Source: an uncultured virus (IMG/VR IMGVR_UViG_3300032073_000002) (taxonomy: Duplodnaviria > Heunggongvirae > Uroviricota > Caudoviricetes). From it: a DNA stretch of 64,000 bases. Shown here piece by piece: positions 1 to 10,075 of this stretch. Each line of letters begins with the position of its first letter. The first letter of the stretch is position 1. The DNA lies in IMG/VR virus record IMGVR_UViG_3300032073_000002; one strand, written 5' to 3'. A program made the position numbers and the translations under genes. The notes under the pieces were generated by a model, which saw only the letters and a list, made by a program, of their open reading frames with translations, ran no database searches and was not told the DNA's origin.

Positions 1-13
1 TGTAGTCAAGGCC

Positions 14-166
14 CTAATCGTCGTATTCAAATACCTCTTCTATTGTATCTTCATCCATTTGTGCGCCACAAAATGGACAATGTTCGATTCCATACTGGTG
101 TGAATCCATTTCATGTTCTACTATGCACTCTGATTTACAGTCGTTGCAGTGTAATCTAATCTTCAA
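14..166 (-). CDS. small zinc-ribbon protein (50 aa, TTG start; not in ORF track)
   Basis: Manual translation MKIRLHCNDCKSEC...HCPFCGAQMDED...; CxxC and CPFC pairs; AGGAGA RBS upstream. Confidence 0.65.
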   Translation of the reverse strand: MKIRLHCNDCKSECIVEHEMDSHQYGIEHCPFCGAQMDEDTIEEVFEYDD

Positions 167-407
167 CTTTATCTCCTACGATTTCCTTGAAAAAGTTATC
201 ATTTGATTTAGCTTTACCATCAATCATTCCGAATGGTAGTGGTCTATCAATATCTTTTTTAAAGAAATCTTCCCCACACGTGTAAATTCTAATCTCTACT
301 AAATCTTTATCAAGTGTTCTTGCAATATGCTCAAGTCTTAAATCTATAGCTGTCTGGCTATGTTTTACATTGAGATATACATGAACTTGTTTCATTAGTC
401 TTCCCAA
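156..407 (-). CDS. hypothetical protein
   Basis: 83 aa ORF coupled to its neighbours; no motif recognised. Confidence 0.55.
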   Translation of the reverse strand: MGRLMKQVHVYLNVKHSQTAIDLRLEHIARTLDKDLVEIRIYTCGEDFFKKDIDRPLPFGMIDGKAKSNDNFFKEIVGDKVED

Positions 408-649
408 ACGTCTCCGTGTTTTACGAACTCTGCAAGTTTGTCATATCCACCTATGTAAGTCCAAGTATTTTCTGTTTCTCTGACTCTGATTTGTGGAAAG
501 GTTCTTGCAGTTGGAAACTCTTCAAAGAGTTCTTCTCTTGTGAAGTCTGTGTCCAACTGTTTGTAAGTGTATTCTAGTCCTTCTTTCTCACATAAAGCTT
601 TTGCTTTATCACAGAATGGACATTGTGTTTTTCCAAATATTTCTATCAT
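395..649 (-). CDS. glutaredoxin
   Basis: CPFC active site, TFPQI cis-Pro motif, IGGY; next to nrdAB. Confidence 0.9.
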   Translation of the reverse strand: MIEIFGKTQCPFCDKAKALCEKEGLEYTYKQLDTDFTREELFEEFPTARTFPQIRVRETENTWTYIGGYDKLAEFVKHGDVWED

Positions 650-650
650 A

Positions 651-1262
651 TTAAAATCCCGATATTTTTGTTAAATGTTTATATTCCAAGCATTTGTCAC
701 ATTCACCACATTGGTTTGGGTAACCTAATGCACATGAATTGACGTATTGTCTTATATCCACTGGTATTGATGACCACTGTTCCATCTTGGTCATTCCACC
801 AAGAGGTGGATAAAGTCTGTAGTTGTGATTCTTGTTCATCAACCTTGCATAGAATTCAAATACTATTTGAAACTCCCATGCACGTGGCACCCATGGCCAA
901 TCAGAATAGTGTTTATGGTCATCTGCATAGTTTATCATCCCACTGTTCACACCCCAATAGTATTCTTCTATATGTGGGAACTGAGTCAATGCACTTAAAC
1001 ATGCAATTGACCAATGTCTAGCAGAATGAAAGTATTCTTCTGACCTTTCATCATGGTCATATTTAGGATGCTCATGAGTAATCAAATCTACATCCAACAT
1101 ATCACATATCTGTGTAATATTACTATGTAGTTGATTTGCTGTTGTGATGGGGTTGTCCCATAGTGAATGTAGTGCAATAGGTTTCTTACCTTTCTCTACA
1201 CACCAGTTTAATAAAGCAGTAGATTCAACCCCACCACTGAACATGACAACACAATCGTGCAT
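651..1262 (-). CDS. QueC-like PP-loop ATPase
   Basis: N-terminal FSGGVES PP-loop; C-terminal C-x6-CGECDKC Zn site. Confidence 0.7.
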   Translation of the reverse strand: MHDCVVMFSGGVESTALLNWCVEKGKKPIALHSLWDNPITTANQLHSNITQICDMLDVDLITHEHPKYDHDERSEEYFHSARHWSIACLSALTQFPHIEEYYWGVNSGMINYADDHKHYSDWPWVPRAWEFQIVFEFYARLMNKNHNYRLYPPLGGMTKMEQWSSIPVDIRQYVNSCALGYPNQCGECDKCLEYKHLTKISGF

Positions 1263-2359
1263 TACAACTCAAAGCCTTCAAACGTATCGTCGTCTACGTC
1301 CTGTTTTATACCCCCAATTAGATAGGATTCTATTTCCGTCTCTTGTGGTGCATTCTGTAATCCTCTACTGTTGAACCAATGTGATGTCCAAGGTAAAGGG
1401 TTGTTTGTTGAAGAGATATCAAACAATGGATTCAGACCCAATGCACGTAATCTTTTGTTTGCTGTGTACTCTACGTATTGTCCAAGTAATGCAGTAGATA
1501 GTCCAATCATAGAACCATCCTTAAATAAGAAGTCTGCCCAATCCTTTTCTTGTTGGACTGCATCACGATACATATCATATACTTCCTCTTCACATTCTTT
1601 CATGATTTTTAACATCATTTTGTCGTTCTCTTGTTTCTTATAAGCTTTAAGAATGTGTTGTGTGATTGCAAGATGTTGTGCTTCGTCTCTTGCAATAAGA
1701 GATATGATTTTTGCACTTCCTTCCATCTGTTTTAACTCACCAAATGCAAAAGAACATGCAAAGGATACGAAGAAACGAACTCCTTCTAAGATGTTAACTG
1801 ATACCAATGCAAGGTATAATGCTTTCTTAAGCTCGTAATCATCAACTTTAAGACCTAGTAATCTACGTCTTCCTAGTTGTATAAACTTATCATACTTTTC
1901 TGTTACCTGTTCTGCTCTAGCTACAATTGCTGGTTCGTCTAGGATTGTGTCAAATATCTCACTAGGGTCACTATAAACATTCTTTATAATATGAGTATAA
2001 CTTCGTGAATGAATAGTCTCCATGAAATCCCATGTGATAATACAAGACTCAAGTTCAGGCAGGCTCACAAACGGTAAGAATGCTATGGATGGAGCTCTTC
2101 CTTGAACTGAGTCGAGTAAAGTTTGATACCTCAAGTTAGAGGTAAAGATGTGTTTCTGTGCGTCAGAAAGTGTTTGGTAATCACCTCTATCTTTCTGTAG
2201 GGATACCTCTTCGGGTCTCCAAAAGAATGATAGTTGTGTCTGTGTTAGTTTGTCAAATATAGGATACTTGAATGTGTCAAATCTTTGCGTGTTTAATTCC
2301 TCACCGAAGAACATGGACTCTTTTGTAAAATCTACATTTTTTTTGTTAAATACTGTCAT
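1262..2359 (-). CDS. nrdB: ribonucleotide reductase class Ia beta subunit
   Basis: FFWRPEEV, ETIHSRSY (radical Tyr), EGVRF, RDEAQH, PQETEIESY. Confidence 0.97.
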   Translation of the reverse strand: MTVFNKKNVDFTKESMFFGEELNTQRFDTFKYPIFDKLTQTQLSFFWRPEEVSLQKDRGDYQTLSDAQKHIFTSNLRYQTLLDSVQGRAPSIAFLPFVSLPELESCIITWDFMETIHSRSYTHIIKNVYSDPSEIFDTILDEPAIVARAEQVTEKYDKFIQLGRRRLLGLKVDDYELKKALYLALVSVNILEGVRFFVSFACSFAFGELKQMEGSAKIISLIARDEAQHLAITQHILKAYKKQENDKMMLKIMKECEEEVYDMYRDAVQQEKDWADFLFKDGSMIGLSTALLGQYVEYTANKRLRALGLNPLFDISSTNNPLPWTSHWFNSRGLQNAPQETEIESYLIGGIKQDVDDDTFEGFEL

Positions 2360-3369
2360 TCCTTCACGGCCCTCTTTTTTCTTGTGTCTAATTCAAAATC
2401 ATCATAATTATTTGCAAAGTTAGCTTTCTTATCTACTACGTTATGATATATGTTTGCAAACTCTTTAAACCTTTTTTTGGTTTTACCTGTTTCTGCATCA
2501 TTATATACACCAGTTTCAACATTGTATGTCTCATCTGCATATCTATGTGGTCTTCCATCAAACGATAGTGCAAAATGGTCTTCCATATCTGTATGCATTT
2601 TGTCTATGTTCAACAACTTACTATCTTCATTGAAGAAGTGTAAGAAGATGTGATACGAGTAGTCACCTACTAAGTAATCTCTCCAGTGTATTACATTAGG
2701 CCCTTGATATAATAAAACATCACCAGGCTCTAAACTTATTGGAATACCTCTTCTATTTCTATGTGATATCCCTTGAGATATATCATACACTTCATCCATG
2801 CAACCCATGTCGACATAGTTATCATCATTCTGTACCCATATCTTCCATGGTGCATTATCATCTGTTTTATAATCTAAACAGATTGTTGCACTTATTTCAC
2901 ATGATGGTCTATCAGTGTGAGCTCTTAGATATGCACCTCTTTCATATTTCCGAGTGTAAGAGTATGTTTCTCTTAACCCCATATCAATTACGTTATCTAA
3001 TTTTTCCTTTAGCCATCTATGTAGGGAAACTGCCATCGGAGTGCAGTAATTAGCTTTAGATTTTCCTAAAGAATCTTTAGGTGAGTTTTGAGTGATTTCA
3101 TGTTCTCTTTTGAATATTGCTTCATCCCATGCACCATTGTGTTCAATAGTCTTCCATGTATCTAATGATAAGTTAATAATATCTTTAGGAATGAAATTAC
3201 GTAAGACAACAAACCTGTCTTTCATTAAGTCCCAAGTTAGTTGATTGGTTCTACCACTTATTCTTAAATGGTTCTCTCCATCCTTATCCATTCTCTCGTC
3301 GTCGGGATACGTATATATTACAGTCTTTTCATCATATGGCACAGGCATCGCAATCTTCCTCATCTTCAC
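2356..3369 (-). CDS. 2OG-Fe(II) oxygenase-family protein inserted between nrdA and nrdB (start may be 3348)
   Basis: YSYTRKY..GAYLRAHTDRPSCEISATICL, LEPGDVLLYQG..HWR (HxD...H triad). Confidence 0.8.
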   Translation of the reverse strand: MKMRKIAMPVPYDEKTVIYTYPDDERMDKDGENHLRISGRTNQLTWDLMKDRFVVLRNFIPKDIINLSLDTWKTIEHNGAWDEAIFKREHEITQNSPKDSLGKSKANYCTPMAVSLHRWLKEKLDNVIDMGLRETYSYTRKYERGAYLRAHTDRPSCEISATICLDYKTDDNAPWKIWVQNDDNYVDMGCMDEVYDISQGISHRNRRGIPISLEPGDVLLYQGPNVIHWRDYLVGDYSYHIFLHFFNEDSKLLNIDKMHTDMEDHFALSFDGRPHRYADETYNVETGVYNDAETGKTKKRFKEFANIYHNVVDKKANFANNYDDFELDTRKKRAVKE

Positions 3370-5650
3370 TTGGTGCAGAATGCATCATTGGTGGTATGTA
3401 ATCATTAGACGCTGAATTAGGGTCTGTAACTACATCCTCTACTTTACCATCCATTGTGTTTTGGTAATATGATGTCTTCCATCCATACTTGTATGTGTTC
3501 AACATGTCTTGAGCCATGACTGATACTGGTACTTCACCCTTGTCATAATTTTCGGGGTTGTAAGACCAGTTACCACTAATCGCTTGGTCAAAGAACTTTT
3601 GCATCACTGCAAGTACTTTAATATATCCTTCATTACTAGGCATATCCCATAGTAACGTGTAATTGTTTTTAAGTATACTATACTGTGGAACTACCTGTTT
3701 TAGGGTTCCTTTTTTACTTTTCTTGACTGAAAGGTAATCTCTAGGGGGTTCTACTCCATTCGTTGCATTAGAGACCACGCTAGAGGACTCTGAAGGCATC
3801 TGTGCAGTAAGAGTTGAGTGTCTTAGACCATGTACTTTGATGCATGTTCTAAGTTTATCCCAGTCACATTGTAACTCATTTGGTGTGATACTGTCAACAT
3901 CCTTTTTATAGGTATCGATGGGTAATATTCCTTGTGCATACTTAGTTTTATGGAAGTATTCACATGCACCTTTCTCGGATGCAATCTGATTAGATGATTT
4001 TAATAACTCGTACTGGAATCTCTCGGTTAGTTCATGTACTAATCTATGTGCTTCGGGGTCATCGTACTTAACCTTATTCTTTGCAAGGAAATGTGCAAGA
4101 CCAATGTATCCTATTCCTAATGAACGTCTTGCTCTTGTTGATTTCTCAGCTGCAATCACTGGATATTTCTGATAGTCTATTAGTTCTTCTAACCCTCTAA
4201 CTGCAAGGTCACATAAAGTACTAAGTTCATCAAAGTTCTTTAAGATACCTATGTTAACTGCAGATAGGATGCACAACGCAATCTCACCTTCCCCATCAAT
4301 ATGACTGATAGGGTCGGTGGGTAGTGTTATCTCTTGACATAAGTTACTCATGTTAACCTTGTCGATAAAACTACTATGCGTATTGCAATGGTCTATATTC
4401 ATAATGTAAATACGGCCAGTCTCTGCTCTTTCTTTTAATAAACTTGTAAATAATTCTCTTGCACCAATCTTCTGTTTAGGAATACTGGTTGCACGTTCAT
4501 ACTTTTCATAGAGTTCATCAAACTCTGGCGTTCCAAACGCCTCGTATAAACCTTTAACATCATGTGGTGAGAATAATGATATATCTTCATTCTTTAAGAA
4601 TCTCTTATAGAATAGTTCTGATATCTGTATAGAGTAATCTAACTTTCTTACTCTGTTGTCCTCTGTTCCTTTATTGTTTTTAAGTACGAGGATATCTTCG
4701 ATTTCTTGATGCCAGATTGGGAAATGTACCGTTGCACTTCCACCTCGGACGCCATTCTGTGTGCAACTCCTAACCGTTGCTTCAAATTTCTTAAGAAAAG
4801 GGACAACTCCAGTATGTTGAACTTCTCCACCACGTATCTTTGACCCAATTCCTCTAATTCTTCCTGCGTTAATTCCAATTCCAGCTCTTTGTGCAACATA
4901 TTTTCCGATTGCCATGTCACTCGAAAAGATTGAATCGAGTGTGTCGTCTGAGTCAACCAAGACGCATGATGCAAATTGTCTGAGTGGAGTTCTGACCCCT
5001 GCCATGATGGGTGTGGGTATGTTAATTTTAAACTGTGATATGGCATCATAATATCCTTTGACATAACTTAATCTACTCTCTTTATAATCTTTAAATAACG
5101 TCATTGCAATCATCATGTACATGAACTGTGGTGTTTCATATAATGTGTTACTTGACCTGTCTTGTACCAAATACTTGTCCACAATTTGTTGTAGACCAGC
5201 ATATGTAAAGTCTAAATCTCTTTGGTGTCTTATAAACCTATTACACTGATTTATTTCATCTTCAGTATAATAATTAAGAATGTCTTTATCATACACACCG
5301 TAATCTATATTTCTATTGATAATATCCAATAGTGGTGGATAGATTTCTGAGTCTTTCCACTTGGTGTTAAAGACCTGTTTCTGTACACCAAATAGTAATA
5401 ATCTTGCAGCTACAAACTGATAGTTTGGATTGTCCAGTGAAATTAAATCACTTGCACTTTTTACAAGGATTTGTTGTATGTCTTTTGTTGTAATACCATC
5501 ATAAAATTGTAAACCACTATTCATCTCGACGGATGATTCTGATACACCTGTAATATCTTTACAAGCTTTCTCCATCATTCTATGAATCTTTTCCAAGTCA
5601 ATGTTCATTTTTGAACCGTCAGACTTGATTACCTTGAACTCTGCATTCAT
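3332..5650 (-). CDS. nrdA: ribonucleotide reductase class Ia alpha subunit with ATP cone
   Basis: VIKSDG ATP cone, QFASCVL, SNLCQEI, C-terminal CDAC, KTSYY. Confidence 0.97.
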   Translation of the reverse strand: MNAEFKVIKSDGSKMNIDLEKIHRMMEKACKDITGVSESSVEMNSGLQFYDGITTKDIQQILVKSASDLISLDNPNYQFVAARLLLFGVQKQVFNTKWKDSEIYPPLLDIINRNIDYGVYDKDILNYYTEDEINQCNRFIRHQRDLDFTYAGLQQIVDKYLVQDRSSNTLYETPQFMYMMIAMTLFKDYKESRLSYVKGYYDAISQFKINIPTPIMAGVRTPLRQFASCVLVDSDDTLDSIFSSDMAIGKYVAQRAGIGINAGRIRGIGSKIRGGEVQHTGVVPFLKKFEATVRSCTQNGVRGGSATVHFPIWHQEIEDILVLKNNKGTEDNRVRKLDYSIQISELFYKRFLKNEDISLFSPHDVKGLYEAFGTPEFDELYEKYERATSIPKQKIGARELFTSLLKERAETGRIYIMNIDHCNTHSSFIDKVNMSNLCQEITLPTDPISHIDGEGEIALCILSAVNIGILKNFDELSTLCDLAVRGLEELIDYQKYPVIAAEKSTRARRSLGIGYIGLAHFLAKNKVKYDDPEAHRLVHELTERFQYELLKSSNQIASEKGACEYFHKTKYAQGILPIDTYKKDVDSITPNELQCDWDKLRTCIKVHGLRHSTLTAQMPSESSSVVSNATNGVEPPRDYLSVKKSKKGTLKQVVPQYSILKNNYTLLWDMPSNEGYIKVLAVMQKFFDQAISGNWSYNPENYDKGEVPVSVMAQDMLNTYKYGWKTSYYQNTMDGKVEDVVTDPNSASNDYIPPMMHSAPSEDEEDCDACAI

Positions 5651-6684
5651 ATTTTCTTGTACTCCATAAGTTTTAAGTTTGCCGAAAGACCTTCAAATGT
5701 ACAAGCATTAATGATATCTATTATTTCACTTTGACTCAATCCACTCATTATCATATCGTTTATATCTTTACAGTTTGCAATACGTCTGTCGTCCCATATG
5801 CAAACTTTATATCCTAACTCAATTACTTCCTTAAGCTTCTTGAGTATCTCTTCATTACGAGGTTCATTATCATAAATGATAATTGCATTATCTTTTATAC
5901 CATCGTCTATTTTCTTAAAGTCACTACCCCCGACTGCAATACTATTGGGTAGGAATAAACTATCTATAGGGCCTTCGGTAACATAGATAGTTTTTGTCTT
6001 GTCCACATTTTCTATGTTATAGATGAGTGGAACATCATCTAGGAGCCTCATTGTAAGGTATCGTAATGGTGAGTCATTAATTGCTCTACCCGATACTCCT
6101 ACGAGTTCCCCATCCTCTTTAAAGAATGGTAATATTATTCTTGGGTCTGTCCCAAGAACTCTGTCTTTATACTTCTCATGAAGAAGACCAAGAGTTTGTG
6201 CTGACTCTACAAACCATAGAGTGTCAATCTTGTCTTCGGGAACTTTCCTGTTCTGTAGATATTCTCTTGCAACTTGTTTCTCTCTAGCAGGAAACATAAT
6301 CGCTGACAAGTCAACTTTAATCATATTTAGTAATTCTGTTTTTGGAGTGAACTTGAATTCATTTGCACTTGGCATCTTATGACCCGAGGCATGTTTTTTA
6401 GGTTTCTTACCACTCTCTGTTAACCATTCTTTAATGTACTCTTTATGTAGTACAGGGAAATGGTCTTTGATAAAATTTACACTAGATGTGGATTTACCAC
6501 AATTGTGACATTTGTATATAAAACTTTGTTCTACAACGAAATGATACCCACGTGCTTTGTGTTTATTCTTTTGAGAATCTCCACAATATAAACACCTGTG
6601 ATTCAGTGTTGTATCACCCTTCCATTTTGCAAGCTCTAGAGAACCCACACACATAGAAAGATATTTTCTTTCTAACCATAGCAT
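5647..6684 (-). CDS. gp61: DNA primase (T4 gp61-like); start probably MLWLE at 6684
   Basis: Zn-binding CLYCGDS...CHNC, TOPRIM EGPIDSLF, DNEPRN, KDINDM. Confidence 0.93.
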   Translation of the reverse strand: MLWLERKYLSMCVGSLELAKWKGDTTLNHRCLYCGDSQKNKHKARGYHFVVEQSFIYKCHNCGKSTSSVNFIKDHFPVLHKEYIKEWLTESGKKPKKHASGHKMPSANEFKFTPKTELLNMIKVDLSAIMFPAREKQVAREYLQNRKVPEDKIDTLWFVESAQTLGLLHEKYKDRVLGTDPRIILPFFKEDGELVGVSGRAINDSPLRYLTMRLLDDVPLIYNIENVDKTKTIYVTEGPIDSLFLPNSIAVGGSDFKKIDDGIKDNAIIIYDNEPRNEEILKKLKEVIELGYKVCIWDDRRIANCKDINDMIMSGLSQSEIIDIINACTFEGLSANLKLMEYKKI

Positions 6685-6690
6685 ACATTC

Positions 6691-6719
6691 ATTATACATG
6701 AATACATGCTAAAATACAA
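6691..6719 (-). promoter_or_regulatory. sigma70-type promoter for primase
   Basis: TTGTAT-N17-TATAAT, 6 nt before ATG. Confidence 0.65.
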
Positions 6720-6737
6720 GGTGTTTTTTAAACTAAA

Positions 6738-6923
6738 TTAACCGTCGATTAGAGCTTGAACACGTGCTACTTCTGTGTCCCAAGCTGCTTTTGAAGTGTC
6801 ATATGATGTCTGAGCAAGAGCTCTTCCATCTGTTCCTTCTGCTGGAGCTCCGTCCATACTTGGTTCTGTTGCTACCAATTCTGCCATAAACTCTGTTAGA
6901 GTCATAGAATCTGATATTGCCAT
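6738..6923 (-). CDS. hypothetical protein
   Basis: 61 aa ORF with GGAG RBS. Confidence 0.55.
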   Translation of the reverse strand: MAISDSMTLTEFMAELVATEPSMDGAPAEGTDGRALAQTSYDTSKAAWDTEVARVQALIDG

Positions 6924-7393
6924 TATACTTCTCCGTTATGTTCTGTTGTTGGTTCTTCTACTTGATGTTCTTCATGAGACATTTCTTCTTCCATTTCATG
7001 AATAGGAGCCATATAAGCTGCCCAGTCGTTTGACCAATCATCTTCTTCAGTTCTCATCCACTCACCTGCTACTGAGTCGTAACATGCATCTGTATCGATG
7101 TTAGTAGACAAGTTATACTCGTCTTCATCCATGTCATTTGGTTGCATCCAACACTGGTAGATACAATCCCAATAAGCATCTTCACCAAACCCTTCTGGGC
7201 ATGGGTGAGTTGGTGTTTCGGGATGGATATAATCACCTTCACTAGACTCTGTGAATACTACAGAATAGTCCTCGACATTTTCTTCTTCGTGTGGTATATT
7301 ACCAAGTGTATGTTCAATATCTAACAACATTCCACGAATGTCGTATAGTAAGTGTTCGATTTTTAGACGAGGGTCTAAGTATTTGTCTGACAT
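6923..7393 (-). CDS. acidic hypothetical protein
   Basis: AGGAG RBS, TATAAATA late promoter upstream; very D/E-rich. Confidence 0.6.
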   Translation of the reverse strand: MSDKYLDPRLKIEHLLYDIRGMLLDIEHTLGNIPHEEENVEDYSVVFTESSEGDYIHPETPTHPCPEGFGEDAYWDCIYQCWMQPNDMDEDEYNLSTNIDTDACYDSVAGEWMRTEEDDWSNDWAAYMAPIHEMEEEMSHEEHQVEEPTTEHNGEV

Positions 7394-7423
7394 GATTTCT
7401 CCTAGAAATATTTATAATTGTAT

Positions 7424-8599
7424 TTAGTCTTTTTGAAGTTTCTTCACTCTCTTTTTTGGTACTTGAAGCACAATTCTTTGTGTTTCTCTTAACTTTTTAG
7501 TATGTCCTTTTCCTTGTATCAATCCTAATGATGTAACCAATAATAGAATTGCCAGCGGGTCAAATACAAAAATCAGCATGTAAATTACCCATCGAACCGC
7601 GTTGTCAAGGTACTTGACAGAATCCTCTTGTCCGTATATTACCTCTGCAATATACTTGATTGGGCCTACTTCACGTTCTAAATTGAGGATAATTTGTTTA
7701 CTCTCAAACATCTCGTCTTTGTATTCATCTATTATATCATAGGACTCATCAATCAACAAGTTGAATTCATCGGTCTTTGCAATTATCTCATTTGAATCAC
7801 CTGTAGATGATTGTTGTAATCTCTTTATCTCTACATTTGCATCATCAATAGTCTTCTGTGCTTGAGCTCTATAACGGTCAATGTTACTCTGTTGTTCTGC
7901 AATGTCATCTCTTATCTGTTCTCTTTGAGTTGATTGTTGGTCAAACAACGTATTTGCCTGTTGAACATAGTCTATAACTTCTAACTCATCCTGTGTAAAT
8001 ACTCCCCCTTCTGAGGTAGTAATAGTCTCAATCCCTTTCTCTCTAAGATTGCTTACAGCCGTGTCTAGTGCAGTCACAGAACCCCTTAGAGATGTTATTT
8101 GACCCTTTGCATAGTCTATATCCCCTTGAACTCTGTCCCATGCACCATCTCTAATAGTTTCTTGTTGTTTGATAGACTCTGATACATCTATCTTTGCACC
8201 CCCAAGATTGTCTATCCTGTCTTGATAGGTTTGTATCTTGTTCTCTTCCCTTGCAATCTGATTCTCGATTCTATCAACAATAGATTGTGCTTGTGCAGTA
8301 TCCCCTGTTTGTTCTGAATGTGCTTTTGATAGGTATCCAAATATACCCAGTGATGTAATTAACATGAGAACGAATACTGAAAATACAAGATAGTATTTCA
8401 TGTAATTGAGTTTTTCCCATGCAAGATGTAGATAAGCTGCAGTTACGACTTTACCAAATTCTAAAGCACCTGCCATAATTACAACACCCATGAAGGCACC
8501 AGCAAATATTGTTGCAAGACCTAACACTGAGAAATATGCAGCTATTGATGCAATTCCTAGGGACGTAATTACCGCGAGGTAATTCAAAAATCTGTTCAT
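7424..8599 (-). CDS. multi-pass membrane protein with a long coiled coil
   Basis: Three N-terminal TM segments, heptad coiled coil, C-terminal TM (IFVFDPLAILLL). Confidence 0.75.
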   Translation of the reverse strand: MNRFLNYLAVITSLGIASIAAYFSVLGLATIFAGAFMGVVIMAGALEFGKVVTAAYLHLAWEKLNYMKYYLVFSVFVLMLITSLGIFGYLSKAHSEQTGDTAQAQSIVDRIENQIAREENKIQTYQDRIDNLGGAKIDVSESIKQQETIRDGAWDRVQGDIDYAKGQITSLRGSVTALDTAVSNLREKGIETITTSEGGVFTQDELEVIDYVQQANTLFDQQSTQREQIRDDIAEQQSNIDRYRAQAQKTIDDANVEIKRLQQSSTGDSNEIIAKTDEFNLLIDESYDIIDEYKDEMFESKQIILNLEREVGPIKYIAEVIYGQEDSVKYLDNAVRWVIYMLIFVFDPLAILLLVTSLGLIQGKGHTKKLRETQRIVLQVPKKRVKKLQKD

Positions 8600-8602
8600 A
8601 AT

Positions 8603-9403
8603 CTATCTCTTGATGTTTCTACGCAAGAGAGTATATAAAGCATTTGGTTCATACTTTTTATTTCTTTTATATCTCTTCTTGAAACCAATACTACTTGCAT
8701 CGGTTGAAACAGCTGCACCAGTGGCATTCATAGGTGCATCTTCTTTTAATTTTCCGAAGTTCATGAATTCCATGAGTTCGGATGCAAGTTTTACTCCTGC
8801 TTCATAATCTGAAGGATAGTGTAATCCTGCTATAACTCTACCAAACCCACTAATCTTTGCACCGTTCATTAATCCAGCACGGTGTTGTGGGTATAATCTA
8901 CTATAATACTCTGCAACTACAAATGGTTGGACTGTATGTCCACTTGGGTATGAAGGTGTCTTTGCAGTATCGGTTACATATCTTTCAAAATCCATACCTA
9001 ATTCTTCTGCAACTTGATATGGTCTTGCACGATTGAAGTGATTCTTATGATGTTTGATTATAGGCTTACACTGGTCTTCAAGATACTCTACATCATCTAC
9101 ATCATAATCTAAGTCCTCTTTATTCATATATTCTTTGATATAATAAGTTGAATCTTCATCACATTTAAGATATTCTTCTTTTTGTTCTTCTGTTGCACCT
9201 GTAACGTGTTTCTGTATTTCTTGCAATTCTTTAACAACTGCATTACCTTTAGGAAACTGTCCTAACATTATAGTCTCCCAACCTTCACTCCATATCTCTA
9301 GGTTTTTGTACTTTGCTTTTTTAAGTTCTTCTTGTGGTTTGAAGACCATATGGTCTATGTCTTCATCTAGAAAAACTGAGAGGTGTTTATTAGTATACGT
9401 CAT
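8603..9403 (-). CDS. PAP2-superfamily acid phosphatase/haloperoxidase-fold protein
   Basis: K-x6-RP (KNHFNRARP), YPSGH, R-x5-HYPSD. Confidence 0.85.
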   Translation of the reverse strand: MTYTNKHLSVFLDEDIDHMVFKPQEELKKAKYKNLEIWSEGWETIMLGQFPKGNAVVKELQEIQKHVTGATEEQKEEYLKCDEDSTYYIKEYMNKEDLDYDVDDVEYLEDQCKPIIKHHKNHFNRARPYQVAEELGMDFERYVTDTAKTPSYPSGHTVQPFVVAEYYSRLYPQHRAGLMNGAKISGFGRVIAGLHYPSDYEAGVKLASELMEFMNFGKLKEDAPMNATGAAVSTDASSIGFKKRYKRNKKYEPNALYTLLRRNIKR

Positions 9404-9974
9404 CTTCTGTTACCAAGACTCTATCTTCGTTGATATAACCAATGTAAACATCTATTCCAAATACTTTAGAATGATGTTCCATGATTGAAATTTCTGATTT
9501 GTGTGGATATTCTATATCTAACTGTTCTAATCTTCTACGTAAGTGATACACTCCACCAGCCTGTAATTTACCGACTGACATAGATTCTTCTAGAACCTCT
9601 GCATCTACCTTACCCAGTTCTTTTAGATGTCTATAGAACTTCTCACATAGTTCTTCCATTTGGTCTTCTTCTAACTCATTCTGTTCCTTCAACATAAGAA
9701 GTGCAACAGCATAAGATGCAAATTGTGATTTACCAAATGGTACCTTGTTTATTATTTTCTTTAGATTGAATACTACACGATGTAGAGGTGTCAAGGAAGC
9801 TTTCTCTGCAGAAGTTTCGGGTTTGTTGTCAACCATCTTTCCGTCAACATCTATCTTTTTAATTCTAGTTCCTTTGTTGTCGATAAACCCAAATTTATAT
9901 GCCTGCATCTTCTCCCAAGGTGTTGTCAACATCTTGAGCATTCTAAAGACTATTAAAGTATCTACTATTCTCAT
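9390..9974 (-). CDS. conserved T4-like phage hypothetical protein
   Basis: 194 aa ORF behind a CTAAATA late promoter. Confidence 0.65.
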   Translation of the reverse strand: MRIVDTLIVFRMLKMLTTPWEKMQAYKFGFIDNKGTRIKKIDVDGKMVDNKPETSAEKASLTPLHRVVFNLKKIINKVPFGKSQFASYAVALLMLKEQNELEEDQMEELCEKFYRHLKELGKVDAEVLEESMSVGKLQAGGVYHLRRRLEQLDIEYPHKSEISIMEHHSKVFGIDVYIGYINEDRVLVTEDDVY

Positions 9975-9999
9975 ATATCTATTTAGGTGTTTTGAGCAG

Positions 10000-10075
10000 T
10001 GGAGCTCCCAAACCGATTCGAACGGTTGACCTACTGATTACAAATCAGTTGCTCTACCAGCTGAGCTATGGGAGC
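10000..10075 (-). tRNA. tRNA-Thr(UGU) with encoded CCA
   Basis: Reverse complement GCTCCCATAGCTCAGCTGGTAGAGCAACTGATTTGTAATCAGTAGGTCAACCGTTCGAATCGGTTTGGGAGCTCCA: full cloverleaf, anticodon TGT, TTCGAA T-loop. Confidence 0.95.

Noticed and set aside
4648..5064. Alternative-frame minus-strand ORFs inside nrdA (and similar ones inside gp43, the MTase and the CobT-like gene)
   Set aside because: Fully nested in conserved genes with no RBS or motif, so probably codon-bias artefacts
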